From Macrostomum lignano (Eukaryota): a stretch of DNA of 64,000 bases. A model generated the notes under the pieces. The model saw only the letters and a list, made by a program, of their open reading frames with translations. It had not been told where the DNA came from and did no database searches. Numbering within the stretch: position 1 is the first letter of the stretch; each line of letters starts with the position of its first letter. A program made the translations under genes and the position numbers. Positions 23,804-36,792 of the stretch are shown here, one piece after another. Location of the stretch: positions 1-64,000 of the forward strand of contig NIVC01001253.1 of NCBI GenBank assembly GCA_002269645.1. The letters run 5' to 3'.

Positions 23804-26219
23804 TAAAATCTAGAGATGGATACACCTATATAACCTGAAGAATAAACGCATGTCACAGGTCACCGGCGCTCCAGCCACAGGAGATCCTGATGAGACTCCA
23901 ACGCCAAGTTTATGCGCTTGGTTAGGAATTGTCAAGAAGTCCAGTCAGGAGTCATGTCGATCCGCCTGTGCTACATTTGAGCTTGCTGTCAAAGTGCAAA
24001 GATAGTCCGCCGCTTACTTCCTTCTTTACCGGATAACTAACCGATTCGACAGGACGCACAGAGGACTGCTGCCAGCACTGATACCTGGCCACCGGTTCTG
24101 TCTCACTGCCTGAACCCACAGCAGCCGGGTCTGTTTTCTTTGGTCAAATATTCACCAGGACAACAGTCCTTAACGGGCATCAGTGCTGCCGAGAATTCGG
24201 TGCACAGCTTTCGAAGAGGTGCCCACCCGGGTCGGTCTGAATGCGGTGAATCAGCTCTTTGCTTTTTGTCAGCGGTTATTGCTACTTTTCTTCTGCTTAA
24301 ATTGTTTTTTGGTTTGGCTTGAGAAGGCTTTGTACCTTCCGTCCTGGTTATGCCAGCTCGTTGCGCCATGTTCCTTGCTTTGTTCTTTGTCGCGGTTGAC
24401 AGTGCAGGCAAATTCTATCAAACGCGAATTTTACATGCACGTCATAATTTAACAGTAACAGTTCTTAGGGTCCTTGATGGATTTACCAATCGCAGAAAAG
24501 CACTAAAACACTGTAAACTGAAAATTTCTACATTTAATTGGTTTTTTCTTACGCGAATGCCTGCATTAAAGATTTTTAACTGGTAATATGAAGTTCGCGT
24601 ATATTTCGGCACTTGAGTTGACAAATTCACTATTGAAATTTTGTCGTGGTCTTTTCAACTCAATTGAGGCTGGCTCAAGATAGGATTGTGAAGTAAGCGA
24701 GCGGTCAAATCACTGCACTCCAATGCAGGCCACCGGATGGTACACTCCGCTGCAGGGACCGTAGCGCGATAACCTCCTAGCAGACCTCTTGTCGGCGGAA
24801 TTACCGCCCACTCTGGCTCGGGCCTCAGCCAGGATGACGCGGAGAAAATCATTCAGCTCCGATGGTGGCTGCTGAAAAATTTACGGCTTTTAATTTTAAA
24901 CAACTATTGGCTGTAGCCAGGTAAACGCTGCTATGAGGTGGAGTTACTTACAGAATCTTCAGACGCTGGTAATCGCATTGATTGGTTGACACCAGTCAGA
25001 GCTAAGATAATGATCAGCAACACAAAGATTACTTTGCCGCTCATTGTGTTTAATTAACTAGAGAACTAATAAGCAGATTCGTTGGCAATAAAAGTCATGA
25101 CTATTTAAAATGATGTCTCTTTTATATACGAGTAGATTGTCTAATTATGATTAAGGAAGCGCTGCTACTGGCTGTCGTGACCGAGGGCGAATGAGATCAA
25201 TCTTGATTGGTGATGGCAGCATCTGAATATGATCAGTTGTGTTATCCTCGTTGCGTGTTTAAGTACTAAGTCGCTACATGTGCAATGATTCTAATTTACA
25301 GACAGGAGGCCCCTTCCAAAGTTTAAGATGCTATTTAGTTAAGGACAGAGGGCAGTGTGCACCCTGGCGCACTTAAAGCGACTTTCTCACACAACCGGCG
25401 AGAAGCATTGCTGCCCATTCCGCCGACTCCCCTGAGTAAGCACACATGCAGGATACGTATGCAGTCATACGCGCAAGCACACACTCACACAGGAGTGTAC
25501 AGCGGCCCTAACTTAATTTATCGTTAGGCATGTCCATGTACACTTCCCTGTGCTTTGGAGGTTGGCCCTCAAGGGCGTTAATTGTACGAGCAGAGCCAAG
25601 CCGAGATTCCAATTTAGTCCTAAATTAGTAAGTCACTAAAAGTTATCCGATTTTGCAAGGCTTAGCTCAGATCGCGGTAACGCTAGAAAGTCAATTTGAA
25701 GGCCGTACACAATTCAGAAAATATGTAAAAAATACTGGCACAATATTTCAACATATTAATGTTAATATTTTCATGAAGCTATAATTTGATCGTATATATT
25801 GGATTAATGTTTTTTCTTTATTTTTTAAAGTAAAAACCAGCACAGATTGAAATTATTTTTGAAATTTTCGAAAGCAGATTTGATAATACATCAGCTTCGA
25901 ATTATTGATCAAAGAGAAGTTTTGAACCCGTATAGCAAATTATTACTGTATTTAGCTAGTATAAAAAGATATCTATCCAGTCGCGTCCTTAAAATAGAAA
26001 CTATTTAATATCAACATTTGCATGTGCAGTATTTGCAACAAATTATGTATAAATATTGGCTACAGTCCTCACCATTGTTACATTTTTTATTGAAGTAATA
26101 ATTTGCCATGGTTCTACGACACAATCGTTCTAAGAATAAACAAAAATGTTAGAAAGTTTCACGGAAGATTTTAACTTCCAGTTGAGTGTCAAGTAAAAGT
26201 TCGATTGTTATTTGGCTTT

Positions 26220-27778
26220 CTAACCCAACTGGAAGATTCGCAGACAACTATTCTGACGGTCGGCAACAACTAGCAACTCACCTGATTCTGACTGCACAAC
26301 AATCAAACCAAAGGGTTTTGAAAAAAAACTTTCTTCTTGCCGTATCCGCCAAAAGTCTGAAGAAGTTCTCCCGAGCATAAAAACGCACAAACTGTGTTAT
26401 TCACAGCATCTGTGACGAACAGAACGCCTCTGCTGTCCACAGCGACTTGAACAGGCCGGCTTAATCTGAGACCGGCCTCGGCAGGATAACCCGAGATCAG
26501 CTGACCGTTGATGGAGCATATTCTACGAACCTTGCCGAGACTATACCAATCTACCAGCAAAATCTTGCTTCCGTGTAGGGCGAACTCGTCCAAATCTTCA
26601 CCAAGGTGTGAAACGTCAAGTGAGCTCTCGAGATTTCCGGACTTCTTGCCTACTAAATGAACATGTTTTAAGTTCATATTTAATACAAACAGTTTGTCCA
26701 TGTTCCCGCAAATGGCATGAACTCTTAAAGCACTCAGGCCCAGGCTCTCTGCCGTGATTATTCGAGTAATTTCTCCACTCAGATCAGACACTGTCACAGA
26801 CCGAGACTGGCTCACGAACAGCATCTGTTTCTCATTGTCGCAGTGAAGTCCGGTGATCCATTCTCTCCAGTTCAGCTTTGAGTGGTACTCCAGCCTCTCG
26901 GTTCCATCGAGAGACACCACCTGCAAATAGTCTACTTTTTTCTGGTCAAATGCAATAAAGATGCTCGGTTGAGGCAGCGGCTTGGTGCCAGAGCTCGATG
27001 GTCCAGCCTTTGCAATGCGACCTGCTGAGTCGCAGACAAATCCAGCAGTGTTTGAGCAGCAACACAGGTGACATGGTTGATCTTCAAGTTTGTCAATTGT
27101 GGTCATTGACCTGTTGGTCGAAGTCTGTCCGTCTCCGTCTTCAAGCCAGCACTGCTGCATCACGCTAGTCATATGCTTGTTGATGACGAGCTTCAGCTGC
27201 TGCACTCCTGCCGCGACGTCTCCGACGGACCGAACGACCACATCACCGCTGAGTCCATGACTCACCGCGCTTTGCCGCTCGCGCAGCTTCAAACGAGTCT
27301 CGTTAAACTTCGCCGATCGCTCACTGGCGTCTTCCAGCCACAGCTCGGTGGTGGCTGCAAGCTTCGCCATCTCCCGCACATCTCCAGCCTCGGAAGCAGC
27401 CGTCAGGTCCTTCTCGCACTGCTCCGCCTCCGACGCGTCTCTCAGACGATCAGCTACCGAGTCGTGCACCGCCTGCACTCGAGCCTCTGTCCGCTGCCGC
27501 CACTGTCGCAGCTCCTCCTCCAGCTCGTCGAACATCTCTCTAACGTCCTCGGTCTCTGCTGCTAGCGCGCTCTGCTCAGCTCGCAGCTGCGACGTGTCTG
27601 GAGTGTCCCTAAGAGCGCGCAGCTTCTTCATCAGGTTGTCCTTCTGCTCAGTGAGCTTGAGCACCTCCTTGTCGAAGTGAACTCGGCACAGAGACACACC
27701 GGTGCGGGGTCCCTCATCGTGGATCGGTTTATTGCATGCCCTGATGCTGCACTGAGTGGCGCTCGCGTCTGACGACAT
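26220..27778 (-). pseudogene. Intronless C2CH-finger + coiled-coil + NHL beta-propeller (TRIM-NHL-like) gene, copy 1; 1-nt deletion near 26347 shifts the last ~45 codons
   Basis: CSIRAC-x15-CRVH, long heptad region, then NHL-type RPVQVAVDSRGVLFVTD..NNTV. Copy 3 has GTATCCCGCC where copy 1 has GTATCCGCC. The restored frame ends IFQLG* at 26220. This could be an assembly indel. Confidence 0.8.
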
Positions 27779-28089
27779 TTTTAATGTTGAGATTTTAGCT
27801 GCTAAGCTCTTGAGGGCTTCTTCTGTATTTATGCCTGATCAGAAACTTTACTGAGACATATGAAACAAACTCATTTATACAATTCGCTTCTTCAAGATAG
27901 TAAAATAAAATATTCTCTCCTAGCAAGTAGTAGAAGTAGAAGTAGTAGAAGGCAAGTAGAATTGACCCAAAATTATGTGCAGACGGCAAATGGAGAGGGG
28001 TTGGTGTATTTTTGTAAATAAGGTTTGCACAGAAGGCATAAATGTCTTTCTGCTTTTGCCAACTTGTGATATCGTGTAAAGAAAATTGA

Positions 28090-28410
28090 ACTGGGGTTGT
28101 AGCCTAGTGGTTAAAGCGGCGGACTCACGACTGAAAGATCGGGGGTTTAATTCTAGACCCACTCGGAACAAATCGTGTGCTTGAAAAAGACACTCAACTC
28201 TGCATTGCTTCAATTTACCCAGCTGTAAAATGTGTGCCAGAATTAGCTGAGGTACATGTAAATGAGGCTGTGTGTGGCGACCCCCCTCTCCAAGTCATTC
28301 GACTGAACAGCCTTCAGCAGCACTGCGCAGTAGCCACGGCTGACGGCCGGTTACACATCTGACAATTAGGGCAGGTGTAATGAATTATTACTACTATTAT
28401 TAAACAACAA
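28090..28410 (+). mobile_element. tRNA-derived SINE ~310 bp upstream of the NHL copy 1 start codon
   Basis: A box TAGCCTAGTGG, B box GGTTTAATTC, core TGTGCTTGAAAAAGACACTCAAC..CTGCATTGC, and a TTA/CAA tail. Absent at the equivalent site in copy 3 (~49735). Confidence 0.8.
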
Positions 28411-28839
28411 CAGTGTACACTTATGTGTAGTCAGATTCGCAAAGAAGAGAACTTCATCCAGGCTTTACTTAATGCCAGCTTTTAAAATGATGCATTTTAA
28501 AATGTTTTATTTAATTTTGGACAATTTTTAAATGGTCTCTTATTGATGCGATCTAGACAACCCCGCACTTTAGCTATCGACAATTCTAGAAAACAGTTCT
28601 GACGAATTACAGAGTCGTAGAAATATAGATCTCGATTTCTATGATTCATGCATGCTGCGATTTTGTGACCTTAATGCTCGTGTTTATCCCGAATTCCGCT
28701 TTATTTGGTTGGTAACACTATTTATTGAGTAGACATTGGGCTGCCGTTGGCTGCAAGAATCATGAAAATGATTGCCACAATCCAGCCAAACGGTTGCTTT
28801 AGACCAAATGGCGTTGCGGCCCTCCATACGCTACGATGC

Positions 28840-29400
28840 AAGTCCGAACAAAACTATCGGATTCGAAGACTATATTTGCGTCTCGATGGCGTTTGAATCG
28901 CAACGTTAGCTGCTACGTTCGTCTCCTAAAGCTGTTTGCTGTTGCGGCAACTGTCGCCCTGCTGGTCAACACGCTGAAGGCCGTCGTGATCTGCGTGCTG
29001 GACGACATCAAGGCTGAAAGTTTGTCCCGAGGCGCAGATGGACAGGTGAGATCTCCGACCAAACTAAAACTTAGGTGTTGTCAGCAGTTCATCTATCGCG
29101 GCAGTCCGGTTCCCGGTGTCCGCGAGGATCTGCGCGACGTCGCTGCGGACTTTCCTGAGCAGCCCCTTTTGTTCTGTGAGAGGGCTGTCCTGCAGTCTGA
29201 GGCCCATTTAACGGTCTGAAGGTGGCGCTGTTCCCAGCAGTGGTAGAGGCTGTCCTGCTATACAGCTGTATACAATACTCCAATGCAATACAATGCTGAG
29301 TCCTGGACGCTGACGGACTCGCTTGACCAACAAGTAGACGCGGCGCACGCTGGCCTGAGCGATCAGTTTCCAGTGCGACTGGCTTGTTTGGCTTCAGGCA
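28840..29400 (+). pseudogene. Non-LTR retrotransposon (RTE-like) reverse-transcriptase C-terminal relic
   Basis: CQQFIYRG..VPGVREDLR, RAVLQSEA and YNAESWTLTDSLDQQVDAAHAGL (LYxAESWTL-type motif); frameshifted. Confidence 0.75.
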
Positions 29401-29869
29401 ACATCCATATGACTGCAAACTCTTTTCATATTTATTGATAGGGGCAGGTACATCAGTAACTTTCAAGTTTTATGCTTAAGTTTTGGCTTGACTAACGAGA
29501 TACATGTCTCTAGCATAGATACGCATTTGCACTACTGTTAGTAATTTAGTCCGGGGAGGAAATATTGATAGTCAGGCTATTAAGGGTTTTAAACAAATGC
29601 TTTTGGAAGTAGGAAAGAGTTGGAAAGAATTGGAAGTAGGAAAAAAGTTTACGAAAAATAGGGACTTCAGTAGGATTGTCTGGGTGAAAGTAGGTATTTT
29701 TTAAGTAATGAAACTACAAATCTCGCCTAATAGGAATCTCACCCCCTGGACAACGAAGTGTCAAAATGAGCAAGCCAATGAAATATTAAAATTAACAAAT
29801 AAACAATCCACCAATGCTGATGCTGACTTAGAACTTTGACCAATCCATTGACGGGGCGCTTTATAAGAC

Positions 29870-30440
29870 CTCCCCATTTGAAATCCCATCTCCCCTTGTA
29901 AAATCCCATCTCCCCATTCAAAATCCCACCTCCCCATTCAAAATCCCATCTCCCCTTGTAAAATCCCATCTCCCCTTGTAAAATCCCATCTCCCCATTTG
30001 AAATCACATCTCCCCATTTGAAATCCCATCTCCCCATTTGAAATCCCATCTCCCCATTTGAAATCCCATCTCCCCATTTGAAATCCCATCTCCCCATTTG
30101 AAATCCTCTCTCCCCATTTGAAGTCCCATCTCCCATTCAAAAATCCCATCTCCCCTTGTAAAATCCCATCTCCCCATTTGAAATCACATCTTCCCATTTG
30201 AAATCCCATCTCCCCATTTGAAATCCCATCTCCCCATTTGAAATCCCATCTCCCCATTTGAAATCCTCTCTCCCCATTTGAAGTCCCATCTCCCATTCAA
30301 AAATCCCATCTCCCCTTGTAAAATCCCATCTCCCCATTCAAAAATCCCATCTCCCCATTCAAAAATCCCATCTCCCCATTCAAAAATCCCATCCCCCATT
30401 ACAAAAATCCCATCTCCCCATTCAAAAATCCCATCTCCCC
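29870..30440. repeat. AAATCCCATCTCCCCATT minisatellite at the copy1/copy2 junction
   Basis: Same unit as in ACOT intron 2. Confidence 0.93.
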
Positions 30441-30778
30441 ATTTAGTTACGAGTATTTGTCGTGCGATTCACAGGCATGAAGGCCAGCTCCCAAAGACAC
30501 AGAGTGTACATGCCTGACTTGATTAGAAAGTCAAAGGTCACCTGTACACCCTGTGTGAGCGTGAGTGTGAGTGCGTGCCAGCGTACAGTATTGGCTTAGC
30601 CTGCATATACTCAGGAATCAGCGGAATGGGCTGCTTGGTTTGGGACCGGGTGCGGCATTTTTAGTATTGCTGCTAAGCAAAATTACCAGTCTGGATTGAC
30701 ACGTTTTCCAACAGTTTTTATTTTCAAGATCTAATTTGTCAGGATCATTGACAAAAACTTCCCATCACCCTATGGCAG

Positions 30779-31111
30779 GAGCTACCTGTGGAAAAGTCCA
30801 CCTGCAGGTTTCTGTTCCTATCCAGCCTCGATGACTACTCAATGCCTGTGGACACCGGAGCGCGTCTGGCTGCTCGAATTCGAAGATCTAACGGACAGCG
30901 TCGAGTTGATCACGTGGCCTATCCAGGTGCCGGTCACCTGCTAGAGCCGCCAATCAGCCCCTGCACCCCGCTGTGCTATCACGGACTCTACGGCTTGAAC
31001 ATGGACAATGGCGGCAATTCAAAACAGCATCACGAGGCTCAGGTGGACAGCTGGTGCAGAATTATTCAACTGTTTCGGGAAGAGCTGGATCCGGTCTCGG
31101 CTAGACTGTAG
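30779..31111 (+). CDS. Orphan duplicate of ACOT exon 3 (intact acceptor, frame and ARL*), without local exons 1-2
   Basis: 333 nt with 5 substitutions versus 20134-20466 (4 synonymous, 1 Y>N). Confidence 0.7.
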   Translation, partial: ELPVEKSTCRFLFLSSLDDYSMPVDTGARLAARIRRSNGQRRVDHVAYPGAGHLLEPPISPCTPLCYHGLYGLNMDNGGNSKQHHEAQVDSWCRIIQLFREELDPVSARL

Positions 31112-31196
31112 CATAAGATTTAACTGAAAATAATTGACAGCAAACATAAAATTATCAAATTGTTTTATTGCTTATTTAAGAATTTACCACTGTAAT

Positions 31197-32494
31197 CACG
31201 GGCTCGGCAAACTCCAGCCTGTGGGCCACATGCGGCCCTTGGGTCCTTTGGAATTTCACCATAGTGATCCAGCTCGCTTAAGGTTTGTGTCTTCTCAGCT
31301 CTCTTCTCTTTCTCTTCTCTAATCTCCTTCTCTTCTCTCTTTTCCTTCTCTTCTCTCTTCTCCTCTTCTCTCCTCTCCTATTTAATCTCTCTCCTCCTCT
31401 TGTCTCCTTTAATCTATCTCTTTTCTCTATTCCCTCTTCCCTCTCTCCGCTGCTCTGCAGTCATGCGCTAGGTTCTCTATCTGGTACTTGACGTAATAAA
31501 AACGTTTTTCGACCTTTGCTGTAAACAAAGTATTATATTGCATTTTGTGCGTATAAATGACAAACTTTTTGATAATTAATTTCAGTTTTTTGCCAAAGTA
31601 AAATCAAACGGAGTGCTGTGAAGTTTTTTTTAATTAAGATTTATTTATTTGTCTGCAAATTTGGTTTTGTAGTCATTTTTATATAATTTCATTAGCCAAG
31701 TGTTTTTCATTTTGGCTTTACTTATTTTGCAAAAAAACCTTATTTAATTGGTTGAAATTTTAACAAATAAATTGAATCGATTATTTAAAAAAATATTAAA
31801 TATTGGCTAATTATGATTGTCTTTCAAATTGTTGCTCTTTTGTTAGTCTGTTTTGGGCTTCTTTAAACTGATTTGTTCTGACGGTTTAAAAATTTAAGCC
31901 CAATAGGATGCCATGACCTTTATTTTAGCAAATAACTCGCTGTGCATCCGCTGGTCTGAGTTGAGTTCAACTCAATAAAATAGTGACACAGCTGCTCAAG
32001 CTGAAAGACACTGGCTAATTTTTCTAAAATTATTTGATCATTCACAAGCGTGACGCATATCTAAGCTTGGAAATATCTTATTCTATAGTCTGTAACAATC
32101 TGGATACTTGCATGTTCGAGATTTATACTTGCATATTTTGAGACATAGAACTTGAGAGGGAGAAAGAGAGAGAATCAGATAAAGACCAAGCCCCTCATCA
32201 TCCATAATCTATAGATAAAGGGTTTATTAGGGGGGGGGGGGTTGTTTTAAGGGCCAGGCAGAGAATCTAGCGCATGGTACTACTGCGGACCAGACGGTAA
32301 GAGAAAGCAGTTGTAGTTCTCTATGGGAGAGTTCTTACATAGATTATTCTTACATGAAAGGAGAGAGGAGAGGCCGGAGAGCTGAGAGGAGCGGACGGGA
32401 TTGCTATTGTGAAGTTTCAAAGGACCCTAGTTGCCTGATCGAAAGGCTTGGCGGGCCGCACGTGGCCCACGGGCCCCGGAGTTTGCCGAGCCTG
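31197..32494. mobile_element. Paralog of the 20553-21863 hAT-type MITE
   Basis: Same termini and interior. Confidence 0.6.
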
Positions 32495-35400
32495 ATCGAG
32501 ATGAATACACCTGTATAACCGGAAGACTAATTCGAAGGATTCACGTCACTGCACCTGAGCTGAAACTCGAAGATCACTAAACGTATAATTAAATTATTTA
32601 AAAAAATTACAGCTTGATGATCATCAGTGAGCTAAAAATTCACTCATTTCATTTTTCTACGTATTAACTACATCTGTAGTAAGTGACGTTTTAAAACCCG
32701 AGGATGCGGGTGGCCTGCTCTGCAGCCATAGCTCATGGTGTATGGCTTGCGAATCATTTCGATGTGTTTCGAAAAATAAGTCTGCATAACCGTAGCTTGC
32801 GGCTTTGGCCTGCTGAGCAGGCCATGACTAATTTCTATACAGAAAACATTTTGTAGATCACGGTCAACGAGTTTTTCTATCTGATGTAGTCATTTTTAAT
32901 AAGAAACATTAAAAATCAAGAACATAAATTGCTATAACGTATGAACAATGTTCAACAGCTAAACAGCAACAATAACATAACCTGTTTATAACCAGATGGC
33001 ATATTGGGCTATAAATTTTTTACTGGATTTTCAGGCATTAATACTGCCCAATATGCTTTTAAACCTGCGTTACTGATTTTTTTCCGGCCTTTCCAGATTA
33101 GGAATTCAAAAACCTGCTTCATTTCCTGCTTTGGAGTTTGGAGTATTACATTCCGTTTCATTCCGCAAGCTACGTTGATGAATAGAATCCCAAACAGCAG
33201 TGTAGGGCTATCTTTAGCCTTCCTTTCACTTTCCTGAAACTTTCATGAGAAGATAAACAGATCAGTGTTACGAGTTAATAGTTTATTTTCAAACAACATA
33301 ACAACTTAATTTTTGACCAGCGGTGGAGACCCGCGGTTTGTTGGAGGTTAGAATGAAGCGACTTTGAACTGTAAAGAGCTGCATTCTTGCTTTTGTCAAC
33401 GCCTAGTTCGCCAACGCCTAAAGTTCGGCGCTTGTCATCTCGATCTTTTGCTAGACATGAGTCAGCCAGTCTGCTTGGTCTATTTTGACTGTCGAGAACT
33501 GGGCGGGGCTGCGATCCAGATAAATGTCTGAGAATGTGACAATATGTTTCAAATAGTTTGATTGAGTATCAAGTATAACCAAGTGCACATCTGCTCGACA
33601 AATGATAGTTAATGTTTAAAGAATTCGTATTATAAAGATTGAAATTTTACACTTTCATGTCCAAATTAATCGTGTTCCCTAGGATTATTAAAACCCTGGC
33701 TGGCAGTTGCATGATCCTTGATCGAATTATCTAAGGCGTAGCCGATGTCAGTTGAATTCGTCTAAAATGTCTGCATTATCTCTACACAGCGATTTTTTTA
33801 CTTTTAACTATAGCTCTTTGGGTAAGTCTGTTTACTTTTCAAAAAGGAAACAATTATAGGACTCTCGAAAGTACATGTACCATTAAGCTACGTGTACACA
33901 AAAAATCATGTGTCTATGTGACAATTATGAGCAGTCTGTATTCTGTTATTCGATTATTGTCGATTTAATAATGCAGCAACTCTGCAGAAGAGTTTTGAAT
34001 AAGTGAAAATTAATCAACACATCGATATTAAGTACCCGTTCAGAGTTGCTAAATTTTAAGTGTCGCTTGTCTCTATCTCAGTCCCTATCTCAGTCCCTAT
34101 CTCAGATCCTATAGAAGCGTTCGGGTGCTGCACCTGCAGCTCGGGACAAAACCTAGTCAAGCTCGGAGAGGAGAGAAGAGAAGGGAGAAGATAGGAAAGG
34201 AGAGAAAGAAAATAAGAGGAGAGAGAGAAGGGAGAGGAGAAGAAAGGAAAAAAGAGAAGGGGGGAGAGAAGGGACTGGAAATTAGAGAGGAGAAAGCTGA
34301 GAATAGACACAAGCCACGAGCGGGTCGGATCGCTATTGTGAGGGCCGAAGTTCGCCAACCCCGTAAAATCTAGAGATGGATACACCTATATAACCTGAAG
34401 AATAAACGCATGTCACAGGTCACAGGCGCTCCAGCCACAGGAGATCCTGATGAGACTCCAACGCCAAGTTTATGCGCTTGGTTAGGAATGGTCTAGAAGT
34501 CCAGTCAGGAGTCATGTCGATCCGCCTGTGCTACATTTGAGCTTGCTGTCAAAGTGCAAAGATAGTCCGCCGCTTACTTCCTTCTTTACCGGATAACTAA
34601 CCGATTCGACAGGACGCACAGAGTACTGCTGCCAGCAGATACCTGGCCACCGGTTCTGTCTCACTGCCTGAACCCACAGCAGCAGGGTCTGTTTTATTTG
34701 GTCAAATATTCATCAGGACAACAGTTCTTAACGGGCATCAGTGCTGCCGAGAATTCGGTGCACAACCTGCGAAGAGGTGCCCACCCCAGGTCGGTCTGAA
34801 TGCGGTGAATCAGCTCTTCGCTTTTGTCAGCGGTTCTTGCTAGTTTTTTGCTAGTGGTTTTTTGCTTTGGCTTGAGAAGGCTTTGTGCCTTCCGTCCTGG
34901 TTATGCCAGCTCGTTGCGCCATGTTCGTTGCTTTGTTCTTTGTCGCGGTTGACAGTGCAGGCAAATTCTATCAAATGCGAATTTTACATGCACGTCATAA
35001 TTTAACAGTAACAGTTCTTAGGGTCCTTGATGGATTTACCAATCGCAGAAAAGCACTAAAACACTGTAAACTGAAAATTTCTACATTTTATTGGTTTTTT
35101 CTTACGCGAATGCCTGCATTAAAGATTTTTAACTGGTAATATGAAGTTCGCGTATATTTCGGCACTTGAGTTGACAAATTCACTATTGAAATTTTGTCGT
35201 GGTCTTTTCAACTCAATTGAGGCTGGCTCAAGATAGGATTGTGAAGTAAGCGAGCGGTCAAATCACTGCACTCCAATGCAGGCCACCGGATGGTACACTC
35301 CGCTGCAGGGACCGTAGCGCGATAACCTCCTAGCAGACCTCTTGTCGGCGGAATTACCGCCCACTCTGGCTCGGGCCTCAGCCAGGATGACGCGGAGAAA

Positions 35401-36792
35401 ATCATTCAGCTCCGATGGTGGCTGCTGGAAAATTTACGGCTTTTAATTTTAAACAACTATTGGCTGTAGCCAGGTCAAAGCTGCTATAAGGTGGAGTTAC
35501 TTACAGAATCTTCAGACGCTGGTAATCGCATTGATTGGTTGACACCAGTCAGAGCTAAGATAATGATCAGCAACACAAAGATTACTTTGCCGCTCATTGT
35601 GTTTCATTAACTAGAGAACTAATAAGCAGATTCGTTGGCAATAAAAGCCATGACTATTTAAAATGATGTCTCTTTTATATACGAGTAGATTGTCTAATTA
35701 TGATTGAGGAAGCGCTGCTACTGGCAGTCGTGACCGAGGGCGAATGAAATAGTTTCGACCCGAAATTCCTCAATCTTGATTGGTGATGGCAGCATCTGAA
35801 TATGATCAGTTGTGTTATCCTCGTTGCGTGTTTAAGTACTAAGTCGCTACATGTGCAATGATTCTAATTTACAGACAGGAGGCCCCTTCCAAAGTTTAAG
35901 ATGCTATTTAGTTAAGGACAGGGGCAGTGTGCACCCTGGCGCACTTGAAGCGACTTTCTCACACAACCGGCGAGAAGCATTGCTGCCCATTCCGCCGACT
36001 CCCCTGAGTAAGCACACATGCAGGATACGTATGCAGTCATACGCGCAAGCACACACTCACACAGGAGTGTACAGCGGCTCTGACTTCATTTATCGTTAGG
36101 CATGTACATGTACACTTCCCTGTGCTTTGGAGGTTGGCCCTCAAGGGCGTTAATTGTACGAGCAGAGCCAAGCAGAGATTCCAATTTAGTCCTAAATTAG
36201 TAAGTCACTAAAAGTTATCCGATTTTGCAAGGCTTAGCTTAGATCGCGGTAACGCTAGAAAGTCAAGTTGAAGGCCGTACACAATTCAGAAAATATGTAA
36301 AAAATACTGGCACAATATTTCAACATATTAATGTTAATATTTTCATGAAGCTATAATTTGATCGTATATATTGGATTAATGTTTTTTCTTTATTTTTTAA
36401 AGTAAAAACCAGCACAAATTGAAATTAATATTGAAATTTTCGAAAGCAGATTTGATAATACATCAGCTTCGAATTATTGATCAAAGAGAAGTTTTGAACC
36501 AGTATAGCAAATTATTACTGTATTTAGCTAGGATAAAAAGATATCCATCCAGTCGCGTCCTTAAAAATAGAAACTATTTAATATCAACATTTGCATGTGT
36601 AGTATATGCAACAAATTATATATAAATATTGGCTACAGTCCTCACCATTGTTACATTTTTTATTGAAGTAATAATTTGCCATGGTTCTACGACTCAATCG
36701 TTCTAAGAATAAACAAAAATGTTAGAAAGTTTCACGGAAGATTTTAACTTCCAGTTGAGTGTCAAGTAGAAGTTCGATTGTTATTTGGCTTT

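Larger units (their letters stand above)
20030..30690. other. Tandem segmental duplication unit, copy 1 (~10.6 kb)
   Basis: Colinear with 30690-40880 at very high identity (ACOT exon 3 offset 10645, NHL ATG offset 10574). Confidence 0.9.

Noticed and set aside
24655-24852. 65 aa minus-strand ORF repeated in all three units
   Set aside because: Non-ATG start, no recognisable domain, and the copy-3 C-terminus diverges. The DNA conservation is reported as a non-coding island instead.
27173-27680. Plus-strand ORFs overlapping the NHL genes (also at 37.7-38.3 and 48.8-49.3 kb)
   Set aside because: Antisense shadows of GC-rich coiled-coil coding sequence; their conservation follows from the duplication.
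28093-28165. tRNA-like sequence (also 38660-38730 and ~1330-1395)
   Set aside because: The B box and acceptor stem are degenerate and the sequence runs into a shared SINE core and tail, so these are SINE heads rather than tRNA genes.
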